A DNA stretch of 64,000 nucleotides, from the IMG/VR virus record IMGVR_UViG_3300032229_000533, positions 96,001-160,000 of that record; one strand, written 5' to 3'. How positions within the stretch are numbered: position 1 is the stretch's first letter; the number at the start of each line of letters is the position of its first letter. Of the stretch, positions 1-9,210 are shown piece by piece. A program made the translations under genes and the position numbers. The notes beneath the pieces were generated by a model. That model was not told the origin of the DNA and did no database searches. It was given only the letters and a program-made list of their open reading frames with translations. The DNA comes from a virus.

Positions 1-121
1 AAAACATACCACCCAAGCAGGGTCGTCTTTGGATGAATTAGAAAGATTAATAACTTCAAATGGGTTTACCGCACTTGAACAAATTTTTGGAGATAAATTA
101 TTTTATAAAAATTAAGATACA

Positions 122-802
122 ATGGAACATATAACATATAACAAAATATTAATATCTTATCCAATATACCAAATACCTAAAATTATTGAATTACCTCATC
201 AAAAAAGATGGGAGGACGATAATGGAGATTTTACTAAAATTTTAGATTACCCTATAGACAGTACATCGCAAGTTATTGAGCTAGGTGGATACATTGGAGA
301 ATGGACTGAAAAAATAGTTAATAAGTTTAACCCAAAACTTTTAATCATTGAACCAATACCAATGTTTGTAAAACAACTAAAAAGTAAATTTAGTGATAAC
401 CCAAATGTTATTATTGATAATTCTGCAATATCAACTTCAAACAAAAAAATAGAATTACATGTATTAGACTCTAGAACTTCAGAATCAATTAAAGTTTCTA
501 ATAATAAAATAAAAGTTAAAGCGTATAACATTGAACATTTTATTGAAAAATACAATTTAAATAAAATTGATTTAATACAAGTTAATATAGAATGTGAAGA
601 ATACCCTTTATTATTACATTGGATTAACACAGATTTTTTGAAAAATGTAAGATTTATTCAAATACAATTTCACACATTTTGTGATAACTACGAGGAAAAT
701 TATTCTATCATTAGTGAAGGTCTTAAAAATTTAGGATTTGAAATTAGATATAGATATGATTTTGTTTGGGAATCATGGGAAAATAAAAATTTTAATAAAT
801 AA
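122..802 (+). CDS. FkbM-family SAM-dependent methyltransferase
   Basis: VIELGGYIGEW motif I, IIEP, and DLIQVNIECEEY (FkbM-like K/D-x-D-x-E-G-x-E region); lies next to sugar genes. Confidence 0.75.
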   Translation: MEHITYNKILISYPIYQIPKIIELPHQKRWEDDNGDFTKILDYPIDSTSQVIELGGYIGEWTEKIVNKFNPKLLIIEPIPMFVKQLKSKFSDNPNVIIDNSAISTSNKKIELHVLDSRTSESIKVSNNKIKVKAYNIEHFIEKYNLNKIDLIQVNIECEEYPLLLHWINTDFLKNVRFIQIQFHTFCDNYEENYSIISEGLKNLGFEIRYRYDFVWESWENKNFNK

Positions 803-805
803 ATT

Positions 806-1186
806 ATGATTACAATACCTGTTAGTGTTGGAGAATTAATTGATAAATTATCAATCCTTCACGTAAAAAAAATAAAAATAAATAACACAGAAAAATTAGT
901 ACACGTTAATAGAGAATTTGAACTATTATATAATTTTTCTTCAGTTTATTTAAACAACGAAGAAATATCAAAATTATACCATGAATTGGTTGATACTAAC
1001 TCAAAACTATGGGAAATTGAAGATATGTTAAGAGTTATTGAAACTGAGAAAAATTTTGATTCAAAATTTATTGAACTTTCAAGAAGTGTGTATCACACGA
1101 ACGATAAAAGATTCAGTTTAAAAAACGAAATAAACGAAAGAACTTCTTCTGAAATTAGAGAAGTCAAAGAATATGTAGAATATTAA
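806..1186 (+). CDS. conserved hypothetical protein (DUF6165-like)
   Basis: N-terminal IPVSVGELIDKLSIL motif, recognised from memory. Confidence 0.5.
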   Translation: MITIPVSVGELIDKLSILHVKKIKINNTEKLVHVNREFELLYNFSSVYLNNEEISKLYHELVDTNSKLWEIEDMLRVIETEKNFDSKFIELSRSVYHTNDKRFSLKNEINERTSSEIREVKEYVEY

Positions 1187-1188
1187 TT

Positions 1189-2268
1189 ATGAAAAAAATA
1201 TTAGTTCTTGGTGGTGGCGGATTTATTGGAGGTCACTTAGCAAAAAAACTAAAAGATGAAGGCAACTGGGTTAGAGTTGTTGATATTAAAAAACACGAAT
1301 ATTTCACTGAAGATGAAATGTGTGATGAGTTCTTAACTTATGATTTACGTGACCCAAGAAATGTGGAAGCGGTCATTAGGTTAGAACAATTTGGAGATGA
1401 ATTTAGAAAAAATAACATATTACCATTTTCATATCTTAAACAACCTTATTCCGAGTTGGTGCCTTTTGATGAAGTTTATCAACTTGCCGCGGATATGGGT
1501 GGAGCTGGATATATTTTTACAGGAGAACACGATGCAGATGTTATGCATAACTCGGCGATGATTAACTTAAATGTCGCTAAAGAATGTGTTAACTATGGTG
1601 TTAAAAAAGTGTTCTACTCATCATCAGCATGTATGTACCCTGAACATAATCAATTAGACCCAACCAACCCAAATTGTGAAGAGTCTTCTGCGTATCCCGC
1701 AAACCCTGACTCAGAATATGGTTGGGAAAAATTGTTCTCTGAAAGACTATTTTTATCATTTCATAGAAACTATGGATTAAATGTTAGAATCGCAAGATTC
1801 CATAACATCTTTGGACCAATGGGAACTTGGAAAGGTGGTAAAGAAAAATCACCTGCAGCAATGTGTAGAAAAGCGGCTGAAGCTAAAGACGGAGATGTTA
1901 TTGAGGTTTGGGGTGATGGAAAACAAACACGTTCATTTCTTTACATTGATGATTGCGTTGAAGCAGTACAAAGATTAATGGATAGTGATTTTATCGGTCC
2001 TGTTAATATTGGTAGTGAAGAGATGGTTACAATTAACCAATTAGCGGGAATAGCAATTGCAATTTCAGATAAAGATTTAAACATTAAAAATATTGATGGT
2101 CAGGATTTTATTGACAAATATGGGTTTAAATGTCCTTTAGGCGTTAAAGGTAGAAACTCAGATAATAGATTATATAAAGAAAAAATAGGTTGGGAGGTAA
2201 ATCAACCATTATCAATCGGTCTTAAAAAGACATATGAGTGGATTAAATCTCAAGTTGAGAAATCATAA
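1189..2268 (+). CDS. NAD-dependent epimerase, GDP-mannose 3,5-epimerase-like
   Basis: GGGGFIG Rossmann motif, QLAADMGG, SSACMYP, catalytic YGWEK, VWGDGKQTRSF. Confidence 0.85.
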   Translation: MKKILVLGGGGFIGGHLAKKLKDEGNWVRVVDIKKHEYFTEDEMCDEFLTYDLRDPRNVEAVIRLEQFGDEFRKNNILPFSYLKQPYSELVPFDEVYQLAADMGGAGYIFTGEHDADVMHNSAMINLNVAKECVNYGVKKVFYSSSACMYPEHNQLDPTNPNCEESSAYPANPDSEYGWEKLFSERLFLSFHRNYGLNVRIARFHNIFGPMGTWKGGKEKSPAAMCRKAAEAKDGDVIEVWGDGKQTRSFLYIDDCVEAVQRLMDSDFIGPVNIGSEEMVTINQLAGIAIAISDKDLNIKNIDGQDFIDKYGFKCPLGVKGRNSDNRLYKEKIGWEVNQPLSIGLKKTYEWIKSQVEKS

Positions 2269-2288
2269 AAAAATTAAAAACAAAATAG

Positions 2289-3038
2289 ATGGCTAACACA
2301 AGACCAAAGAAATCACCAGTACCAACCCCTTCAATGGAAGAGGGTCACAATAAAACAAGAAAAGAAGTAATTTGTTCAATTTTAAAAAAGAAAACTAAAG
2401 AAAAATTTCTAACTCAAACACAAAAAAGATATTACGATACTTTAATTTCAAGTGAAGTAACAATATGTTCAGGACCAGCTGGTGTAGGTAAAAGTTATAT
2501 TACAATGAAGGCTGCAATTGATTTACTCTCAGACCCAAACACACCTTATGAAAAAATTATTATTGTAAGACCTGCAGTAGAGGCTGAAGAAAAATTAGGT
2601 AGTCTACCTGGTAATGTTGAAGAAAAATTAGACCCTTATATTTTTCCGTCATATTATTTGTTAAATAAAATAATTGGTAAAGAAGTAAGAGAAAAATTAA
2701 AAGAACTTGAAATTGTTGAGGTATTTGCGTTGGCCTTTATGAGAGGTATGAACATTGACAATTCAATTTTAATTTTTGAAGAAGGTCAAAATGCAACACC
2801 AAGTCAAATGAAACTTCTATTGACAAGAATTGGTTTTAATAGTAAATTTTTTATATCAGGGGATGTTGAACAATCTGACAGATATAAAAACAAAACTCAT
2901 AGTGGGTTATGGGACGCAATGGAAAAATTCAGAGATGATAAATATATTTCAACTTTTGAGTTTAAAGATAAAAATGATATTGTTAGAAATCCTCTAATTA
3001 GTAAGATATTACAAAAATACGATAACGAAACGGAATGA
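2289..3038 (+). CDS. phoH: PhoH-like ATPase
   Basis: GPAGVGKS Walker A, RPAVEA, LGSLPG, FMRG, EEGQN, GDVEQSD. Confidence 0.9.
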   Translation: MANTRPKKSPVPTPSMEEGHNKTRKEVICSILKKKTKEKFLTQTQKRYYDTLISSEVTICSGPAGVGKSYITMKAAIDLLSDPNTPYEKIIIVRPAVEAEEKLGSLPGNVEEKLDPYIFPSYYLLNKIIGKEVREKLKELEIVEVFALAFMRGMNIDNSILIFEEGQNATPSQMKLLLTRIGFNSKFFISGDVEQSDRYKNKTHSGLWDAMEKFRDDKYISTFEFKDKNDIVRNPLISKILQKYDNETE

Positions 3039-3631
3039 GAATTGCAATAGAATTAAATGGAGTATTACGAGATACATTAAAAAAAATACAACAAGAGTAT
3101 GAAAAATGGTATTTAGAAAACCCATTCAAAGAAGATGAAGAAAAATCTGATTATGAAGTAATTTCTGATTTAACAACTTTAGATATTTTAAAACATCTTA
3201 AGTTTAAAGATGAAGATGAATTGTACAATTTTTTATACAAGGAACACACTATGGAAATTTTTGGTCACGCAGGTTCAGTAGAAACTTCAAGTATGATGGA
3301 CTTTAATGACTTTTATTTAGATATGAGAGACAATCATGATATTCTAATTGTTTCCGATGAAATAGGTAAATCAAAACCAGCTTCATTATTTTTTATATCA
3401 AAATTTGGTTGTCTTGTTGAAACGGTTAAATTTTACAGTGAACCAACAATTATTTCAATGTGGGACTCAATTGACATTTTACTTACTGCGAATCCTAACT
3501 TATTATTAAATCATCCAAACGGAAAAACTGTTATTAAATATGAAACATCATATAATCAAGATATTAAAACTGAATATTCAATAACAAAATTAAAAGAATT
3601 GCAAACAAAAATAAAAGAGATATATGATTAA
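3035..3631 (+). CDS. HAD-fold 5'-nucleotidase-like protein with degenerate catalytic motif
   Basis: IAIELNGVL in place of IAIDxDGVL; overall HAD/NT5C-like layout. Confidence 0.5.
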   Translation: MRIAIELNGVLRDTLKKIQQEYEKWYLENPFKEDEEKSDYEVISDLTTLDILKHLKFKDEDELYNFLYKEHTMEIFGHAGSVETSSMMDFNDFYLDMRDNHDILIVSDEIGKSKPASLFFISKFGCLVETVKFYSEPTIISMWDSIDILLTANPNLLLNHPNGKTVIKYETSYNQDIKTEYSITKLKELQTKIKEIYD

Positions 3632-3905
3632 AGTATTAGGAGAAAACTACTATATTGATTTAGACAAGGTTGAAGAATATTTGGACATGTCTGACCAATA
3701 TCCTGAAGGAGAAAATTCAGGTAGCACAGAAACAAAGATTAACATCATAAAATTTGAAATGGTAAAAATGTTGATGGATACCGTTTTAACTGAACATGAA
3801 GAGATTGATGAACAGTTAGGAATGAAATCAAGTTCAAACACAAGTATACCTTTCAGATTAGCATTTAATAGCTTATTAAATAAAAAACTTATAAATCATT
3901 ATTAA
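3624..3905 (+). CDS. hypothetical protein
   Basis: ORF translationally coupled within the operon. Confidence 0.6.
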   Translation: MIKVLGENYYIDLDKVEEYLDMSDQYPEGENSGSTETKINIIKFEMVKMLMDTVLTEHEEIDEQLGMKSSSNTSIPFRLAFNSLLNKKLINHY

Positions 3906-3906
3906 T

Positions 3907-4959
3907 ATGGATACATCGTTAAACGAAAAAGTAAAACAATCAATTCAGAATCTAAAAGATAAGAACTCAAGAATTTATTTTCTTATTCAAGATACTAAGG
4001 GTAACGCAAAAGCGTCAGTTAGATTAATTTATCAAATGGCAAAGTCGCTATTGGATGCAGGATTTAATCCTATAATTCTCCATGAGAAAAAAGAATATGC
4101 TGGAGTTGTTGCTTGGCTTGACGAAGAATATATGTCAATTCCTCACAGAGCAATTGAAGGTCAAAACTTAGAGATTGCACCTGAAGATTTTATTGTTGTA
4201 CCTGAAGTATTTGGGTATGTTATGGAACAAATTAAAAACTTACCTTGTGGTAAAATAGTTTTTACTCAAAACTACAATCACATTGTTGAAACTCTACAAC
4301 CTGGTCAAAATTGGGCACAATATGGATTTTTTAAATGTTTAACAACTACTACAAAACAACAAGAATATATTGAAACTGTAATGAGACAATCAAGTTTTGA
4401 TATTATTAAACCTTTAATTACTGACAGTTTTTATCCAAAAAACCTACCTCCAATGCCAATTATTGGTGTTCACACTAAAGACCAATCAGATACGATTAAT
4501 ATAATTAAAACGTTCTATTTGAAATTCCCACAATACAGATGGTTTACATTTAGAGATTTAAGAGGTCTTTCTGAAAAAGAATTTGCAAACTCATTGAGAG
4601 ATTGTTTTGTTAGTGTTTGGATTGACGATGAAAGTGGTTTTGGTACTTTCCCATTAGAATCTATGGCGTCAGGAGTACCTGTTATTGGTAAGGTTCCAAA
4701 TATTCAACCTGAATGGATGAATGACGATAATGGTGTTTGGATTACAAACAAAACACTAATATGTGATTTTATTGCGGATTATATCCAAAATTGGTTGGAA
4801 GATAATATCAAAACTGAACTTTATGAAAACATGAAGAAAACAGTTGAAAACTACACAAATAAACAAGAATTTGACTCTACTGTAATTTCGTTATTTGAAA
4901 ATTACCTAAACGTAAGAGCAGAATCATTTGAACAACAAATATCTAAAACAGAAGAATAA
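3907..4959 (+). CDS. GT-B (GT4-like) glycosyltransferase
   Basis: C-terminal ESGFGTFPLESMASGVPVIG matches the GT4 E-x-F-G-x-x-x-x-E signature. Confidence 0.65.
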   Translation: MDTSLNEKVKQSIQNLKDKNSRIYFLIQDTKGNAKASVRLIYQMAKSLLDAGFNPIILHEKKEYAGVVAWLDEEYMSIPHRAIEGQNLEIAPEDFIVVPEVFGYVMEQIKNLPCGKIVFTQNYNHIVETLQPGQNWAQYGFFKCLTTTTKQQEYIETVMRQSSFDIIKPLITDSFYPKNLPPMPIIGVHTKDQSDTINIIKTFYLKFPQYRWFTFRDLRGLSEKEFANSLRDCFVSVWIDDESGFGTFPLESMASGVPVIGKVPNIQPEWMNDDNGVWITNKTLICDFIADYIQNWLEDNIKTELYENMKKTVENYTNKQEFDSTVISLFENYLNVRAESFEQQISKTEE

Positions 4960-4960
4960 T

Positions 4961-5767
4961 ATGAAAGAAAAATTATCACTATCCATTATACTACCTATTA
5001 AATCATCTAAATCTAGAGATTTTAATGAGTACTTTGAAAAAGCAATGAATTCAATTAAAACACAAACTGTTGATATTGAAGAATTAATAATTGTCCACAC
5101 ACCTGAAGAATCATTAGTTGAACATTTAAATGGTTATGATTTTGAATCGTTAAATGTTACAAAATTGTTATGGGATAAAGAACCTAGTTATGCGGAACAA
5201 GTAAATTATGGTATTAAGAACGCTAAAGGTACTTGGGTTTCATTATTTGAATTTGATGATGAGTATGCTTCAATTTGGTTTAAAAATGTTAAAAAATACA
5301 TTGAATCTTTCCCTGAAACTCAAGTATTTTTACCCGTAGTGGTTGAAACTGACGAAAAAGGTTTATTCGCAGGATTTACTAACGAAGCAACATTTGCGGC
5401 AAATTTTAGTCAAGAAATGGGATTCTTAACTAATGAAACTTTACAAGAATATCAAAATTTCCAAACAGCTGGTGCGGTTATTAAAAAACAAATTATTGAA
5501 GATTTTGGAGGATTTAAACCTTCAATCAAATTGACTTTTGTTTATGAGTTTTTATTAAGATTAACTTACAATTCTGTGTCAATTATGACAATACCTAAAC
5601 TTGGGTATAAACATACCAACATGAGAGAAGGTTCTATTTTTTGGAATTATAAATTTGGTGAAAACAAAATGTTAGAAGATGAGGTTAAATTTTGGGTTCA
5701 AACTGCAAAGAAAGAATTTTTCTTTGTTGACGATAGGGTCATAAAATATCAATCAGAAAATGGATAA
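4961..5767 (+). CDS. GT-A (GT2-like) glycosyltransferase
   Basis: LSIILPI start, NYGIKNAKGTWVSLFEFDD (DxD-like); ATG at 4961 preferred to the track start at 4928. Confidence 0.6.
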   Translation: MKEKLSLSIILPIKSSKSRDFNEYFEKAMNSIKTQTVDIEELIIVHTPEESLVEHLNGYDFESLNVTKLLWDKEPSYAEQVNYGIKNAKGTWVSLFEFDDEYASIWFKNVKKYIESFPETQVFLPVVVETDEKGLFAGFTNEATFAANFSQEMGFLTNETLQEYQNFQTAGAVIKKQIIEDFGGFKPSIKLTFVYEFLLRLTYNSVSIMTIPKLGYKHTNMREGSIFWNYKFGENKMLEDEVKFWVQTAKKEFFFVDDRVIKYQSENG

Positions 5768-6516
5768 TGCTAGAAACTCTATCTGCAACAACAGAAGATG
5801 TTTCATCTAAAAAAAGGGGTAGGAAAACGGTAAATGTAAATTATTTTGATGTTAGAGAAGAGACCGCGGTAAGAAATTTTTTATTAGCAGAAACTTCAGA
5901 AGAGAAGAACAAAATATATAACGAATTCTTAAGAGGTCCTTTAGATAAGATGATATCATCTATTATTAGAAGATATAAACTATATCGTAAAGATATGGAT
6001 TTTAATGAAATTCATTGTGATACTCATTCATTTTTAATGACCAAGGTTGATAAATTCAAACCTTCAAAAGAAAAAAAGGCATACTCTTATTTTGGTACTA
6101 TTTGTAAAAATTACTTAATGGGCCAAATAATAAAAGACCAAAAAGAAACTAACAGAAAAGTTTCTTATGAAGATATGTCAGAAAGTATTGAGCAAAGACC
6201 TGATATGATGTATCGTATTGATGAATATCAAGTTGACACTAGTATTATAATTACAGAATATCTAAGAGAATTAAAGGACTTTATTGAGGGTGAGAATTTA
6301 AATGATAATGAAAAAAAATTAGGTTATGCGTTAATTGATTTATTTGATAACTATGAGTCTATATTCTCTGGTGCTGATAATAATAAGTTTAATAAAAATG
6401 TAATTCTTTTGTCTTTAAGAGAAATGACAAATTTAAGTACAAAAGAAATTCGTAGTTCAATGAAAAGGTTCAAAAAATTATATACTTTTATTCAAAGTAA
6501 AATGAAAACCGATTAA
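5767..6516 (+). CDS. sigma70-like / gp55-like phage transcription factor
   Basis: Region-2-like KFKPSKEKKAYSYFGTICKNYL; short sigma-sized protein upstream of structural genes. Confidence 0.55.
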   Translation: MLETLSATTEDVSSKKRGRKTVNVNYFDVREETAVRNFLLAETSEEKNKIYNEFLRGPLDKMISSIIRRYKLYRKDMDFNEIHCDTHSFLMTKVDKFKPSKEKKAYSYFGTICKNYLMGQIIKDQKETNRKVSYEDMSESIEQRPDMMYRIDEYQVDTSIIITEYLRELKDFIEGENLNDNEKKLGYALIDLFDNYESIFSGADNNKFNKNVILLSLREMTNLSTKEIRSSMKRFKKLYTFIQSKMKTD

Positions 6517-6531
6517 AAAGTATTTATAGAT

Positions 6532-6900
6532 ATGCCTAGACCACAACGTAAAGAAATTAATTTTAGTAAAGATTCAATCCTATCTTTAATGCAAGAAATA
6601 TATAATGAACTTGTAGAACAAAGACAAACAGCAATTAGGATTCAAAATAAAATGTTATCAATGTTAAAAGACCCTAATGATATGATGACTATTGGACCTG
6701 TGATTGAAAAACAACAAAAAATTGTAAACGATTGCGTTGAGAAAAAAATTAGTTTATCTAAACTACAATCAAGTATTTGGGAAAAATCTAACAGCAATAA
6801 TAATGAATCTTTTTCTCTTGCGGATTTAGATGACGACCTTATTCAAAATTTAATTGATAAGGATATTTCTAATGATGAAGAGACTTATAAAATGAAGTAA
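6532..6900 (+). CDS. hypothetical protein (late)
   Basis: ORF preceded by TATTTATA at 6521-6528. Confidence 0.6.
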   Translation: MPRPQRKEINFSKDSILSLMQEIYNELVEQRQTAIRIQNKMLSMLKDPNDMMTIGPVIEKQQKIVNDCVEKKISLSKLQSSIWEKSNSNNNESFSLADLDDDLIQNLIDKDISNDEETYKMK

Positions 6901-6902
6901 TA

Positions 6903-9005
6903 ATGGCGGATTTAAATCAAAGTTATGATACTGCAAAAAGTCAAATAAGTGCTCTCAAATCTTATAAAGAGATTTCAGCTGGTACTAAAGAACTAAAAAA
7001 ATCTGCAGGTAATTCATTTTCACAATCAGCTGCAAAGCTAAATTCTTCTTTAGATAAAGTTTCAAATCAACAAAAAAGGTATTTAAGAGACCAACCAACA
7101 TCATTTGACCAATTAACTCAATTAATAAGTATTACAAGTGGTAGTGGGTCGAGTTCTACAAGATTGTTAAAACAAAAACTTTTAGAAGTTGTTGTTAAAA
7201 TAGAACCTCAAGTACAAAAACTTATAACCGAAGAGGCGTTAAAAGCTTTAGGTTGTTCACAAGAACAAACATTTAAAGGATATGATAAGTCAAATTTACA
7301 ACTAAATCCTTTAACAACACTTCCAGCTGGTGAAGGAATTTATGTGCCAGTACAATCTTTAGATTTAGCAAATTTACTAAAAAATCCTGTTGATAGTAAA
7401 TTAGGTAAAATTTCATTTGAAAAAAATGACCCGACAGTTAAATCAGGAGTATTTAAACCTTATTCAGGTCCTCTTCCATTCCCAATGAATAAGACATTAA
7501 ATCTTAGAATGGAGAATTCAAATTTATCTAGGTCATACTATCAAGAGTATGGTAAGAATTACCAAGGAACATCAGGTTTAGATTTATTTGATTTTGTTTA
7601 CAGTACAACAAACCAATATGGTGTAAACCAACCTTGTTATAGAGTCGCATTAATTGATAAACCTGCAAACACTTTAACAATATCAGGAATAACTTCAGGT
7701 GAAAAAATCAATAAAGTTGGAGAATTTTTAAATGACTATTATTCAACAATTAGATTGGTTGACAAAGTTGATTTTGTTGCAATACTCTTAAATATAATTT
7801 CTGGAGTACTTAATATTCAATCTAATTTAAGCGCTCAAGAAATAGAAAAAGGAACACAATTTTCTTTAATTATTCAAAGAATATTAGGTCTTTGTTTTGA
7901 CAATAGAAGGGAAATTGATGTTAGTGGTGTTTCAAAAGTTGCCGAATTAGATGGTGTTGATGATTCATTTTTTGAATTAACTGAAGTTGATTTGAGAAAT
8001 ATTGAAATTAGAATATCTAATATTCAAAATGGTGTCATGGAATTTGAAGATTGTGAAAACGTTAAATTACCTGTTGATTACGAGACATTAATTGATGAAT
8101 TAATTAAATTTAGAGATACTGTTGATGACCAAACACCTGAACAACAAGTAAAAAGTATTAGTAACATTTTAGATACATTATATCAAAATCCTGATTGGCA
8201 AGCATTTTTACCAACAAATTTTAATCTTGAAGTTGCGGTTAATAAAGAAATTATTAAACAAATTCCTTTAGCGGTTGCATCCGCAATACTGAGTCCTAAA
8301 GTATTATTTCCAATTTTTACTCTATTACAAGTTGTTGAAGGTCAAGCAAAAAATACATATAATCAAGCGGTAACCTCAGGTAATACATATATACAATCGG
8401 GTAATACAACTCTTGGTGGGGTAAATAATATCATTAATAACGGAGTAGATTTTTTAAAAGTATTTAGAAGTTTTAATATCCAATTAATTTCAAAAATAGG
8501 TTCAATTTTCTTAAAGGCGTTGTACGACATCTTAAAAAGAGATATTTTACTTTTAGTTAGTTCGGTAATTTCAGATATTTCAAAATCACAGAAGTTAAAA
8601 AGATATACAATAATTTTAAGATTGGTTAACATACTTTTAATATTAGCCCAATTACTTGATGATTATAGAAAATGTAAATCACTAATTAACGACATTTTAT
8701 CGTTATTAAGAACAATATTTGGAGAGTCGGATGGAGCAATACCATTTCCACTACTATTACTTACCGAGTTTTTACCAGGAACTTCACCTGAAAGGTCAAC
8801 AATAAATACAATTGAATTATTACAGGGGGTTGGTATACCAACTGGAGTATTACCTGATGGTTCACCTAATTTAATGGGAATATATAATTTAATGACACAT
8901 AAAGGTGCTGATAAAGAAGAGTCTGAAAATGGTAAAGTTGAAGGTACAGTAATTGTTCCTCCATTAACTGGTGGCCTACTTAAAGTGTGGGGTAAAAAAA
9001 GATAA
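6903..9005 (+). CDS. large hypothetical protein, probably virion/baseplate associated
   Basis: 700-aa ORF in the late operon upstream of the gp5-like gene. Confidence 0.55.
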   Translation: MADLNQSYDTAKSQISALKSYKEISAGTKELKKSAGNSFSQSAAKLNSSLDKVSNQQKRYLRDQPTSFDQLTQLISITSGSGSSSTRLLKQKLLEVVVKIEPQVQKLITEEALKALGCSQEQTFKGYDKSNLQLNPLTTLPAGEGIYVPVQSLDLANLLKNPVDSKLGKISFEKNDPTVKSGVFKPYSGPLPFPMNKTLNLRMENSNLSRSYYQEYGKNYQGTSGLDLFDFVYSTTNQYGVNQPCYRVALIDKPANTLTISGITSGEKINKVGEFLNDYYSTIRLVDKVDFVAILLNIISGVLNIQSNLSAQEIEKGTQFSLIIQRILGLCFDNRREIDVSGVSKVAELDGVDDSFFELTEVDLRNIEIRISNIQNGVMEFEDCENVKLPVDYETLIDELIKFRDTVDDQTPEQQVKSISNILDTLYQNPDWQAFLPTNFNLEVAVNKEIIKQIPLAVASAILSPKVLFPIFTLLQVVEGQAKNTYNQAVTSGNTYIQSGNTTLGGVNNIINNGVDFLKVFRSFNIQLISKIGSIFLKALYDILKRDILLLVSSVISDISKSQKLKRYTIILRLVNILLILAQLLDDYRKCKSLINDILSLLRTIFGESDGAIPFPLLLLTEFLPGTSPERSTINTIELLQGVGIPTGVLPDGSPNLMGIYNLMTHKGADKEESENGKVEGTVIVPPLTGGLLKVWGKKR

Positions 9006-9006
9006 T

Positions 9007-9210
9007 ATGAGTAAAGAAGAATTTGAAAATATAGTAAAAGAATTAGGTGATTTGAAAAATCTACCTAATACTAAGTTAATTGAAATCATGGATAAACTAA
9101 CCACTGATTTTGATTTAACAAAAAATAACATAATTGGTCTAACTGTTTATTTAGATAGTGTAGAAGAATTATATAATAAAACATTAAAAGAATACCAATC
9201 TAGAGCATAA
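9007..9210 (+). CDS. hypothetical protein
   Basis: Short coiled-coil-like ORF; ATG at 9007; coupled to next gene (TAATG). Confidence 0.55.
   Translation: MSKEEFENIVKELGDLKNLPNTKLIEIMDKLTTDFDLTKNNIIGLTVYLDSVEELYNKTLKEYQSRA

Noticed and set aside
6532-6900. Terminase small subunit
   Set aside because: Size and helical character fit, but there is no recognisable gp16 motif and it is far from the large subunit.
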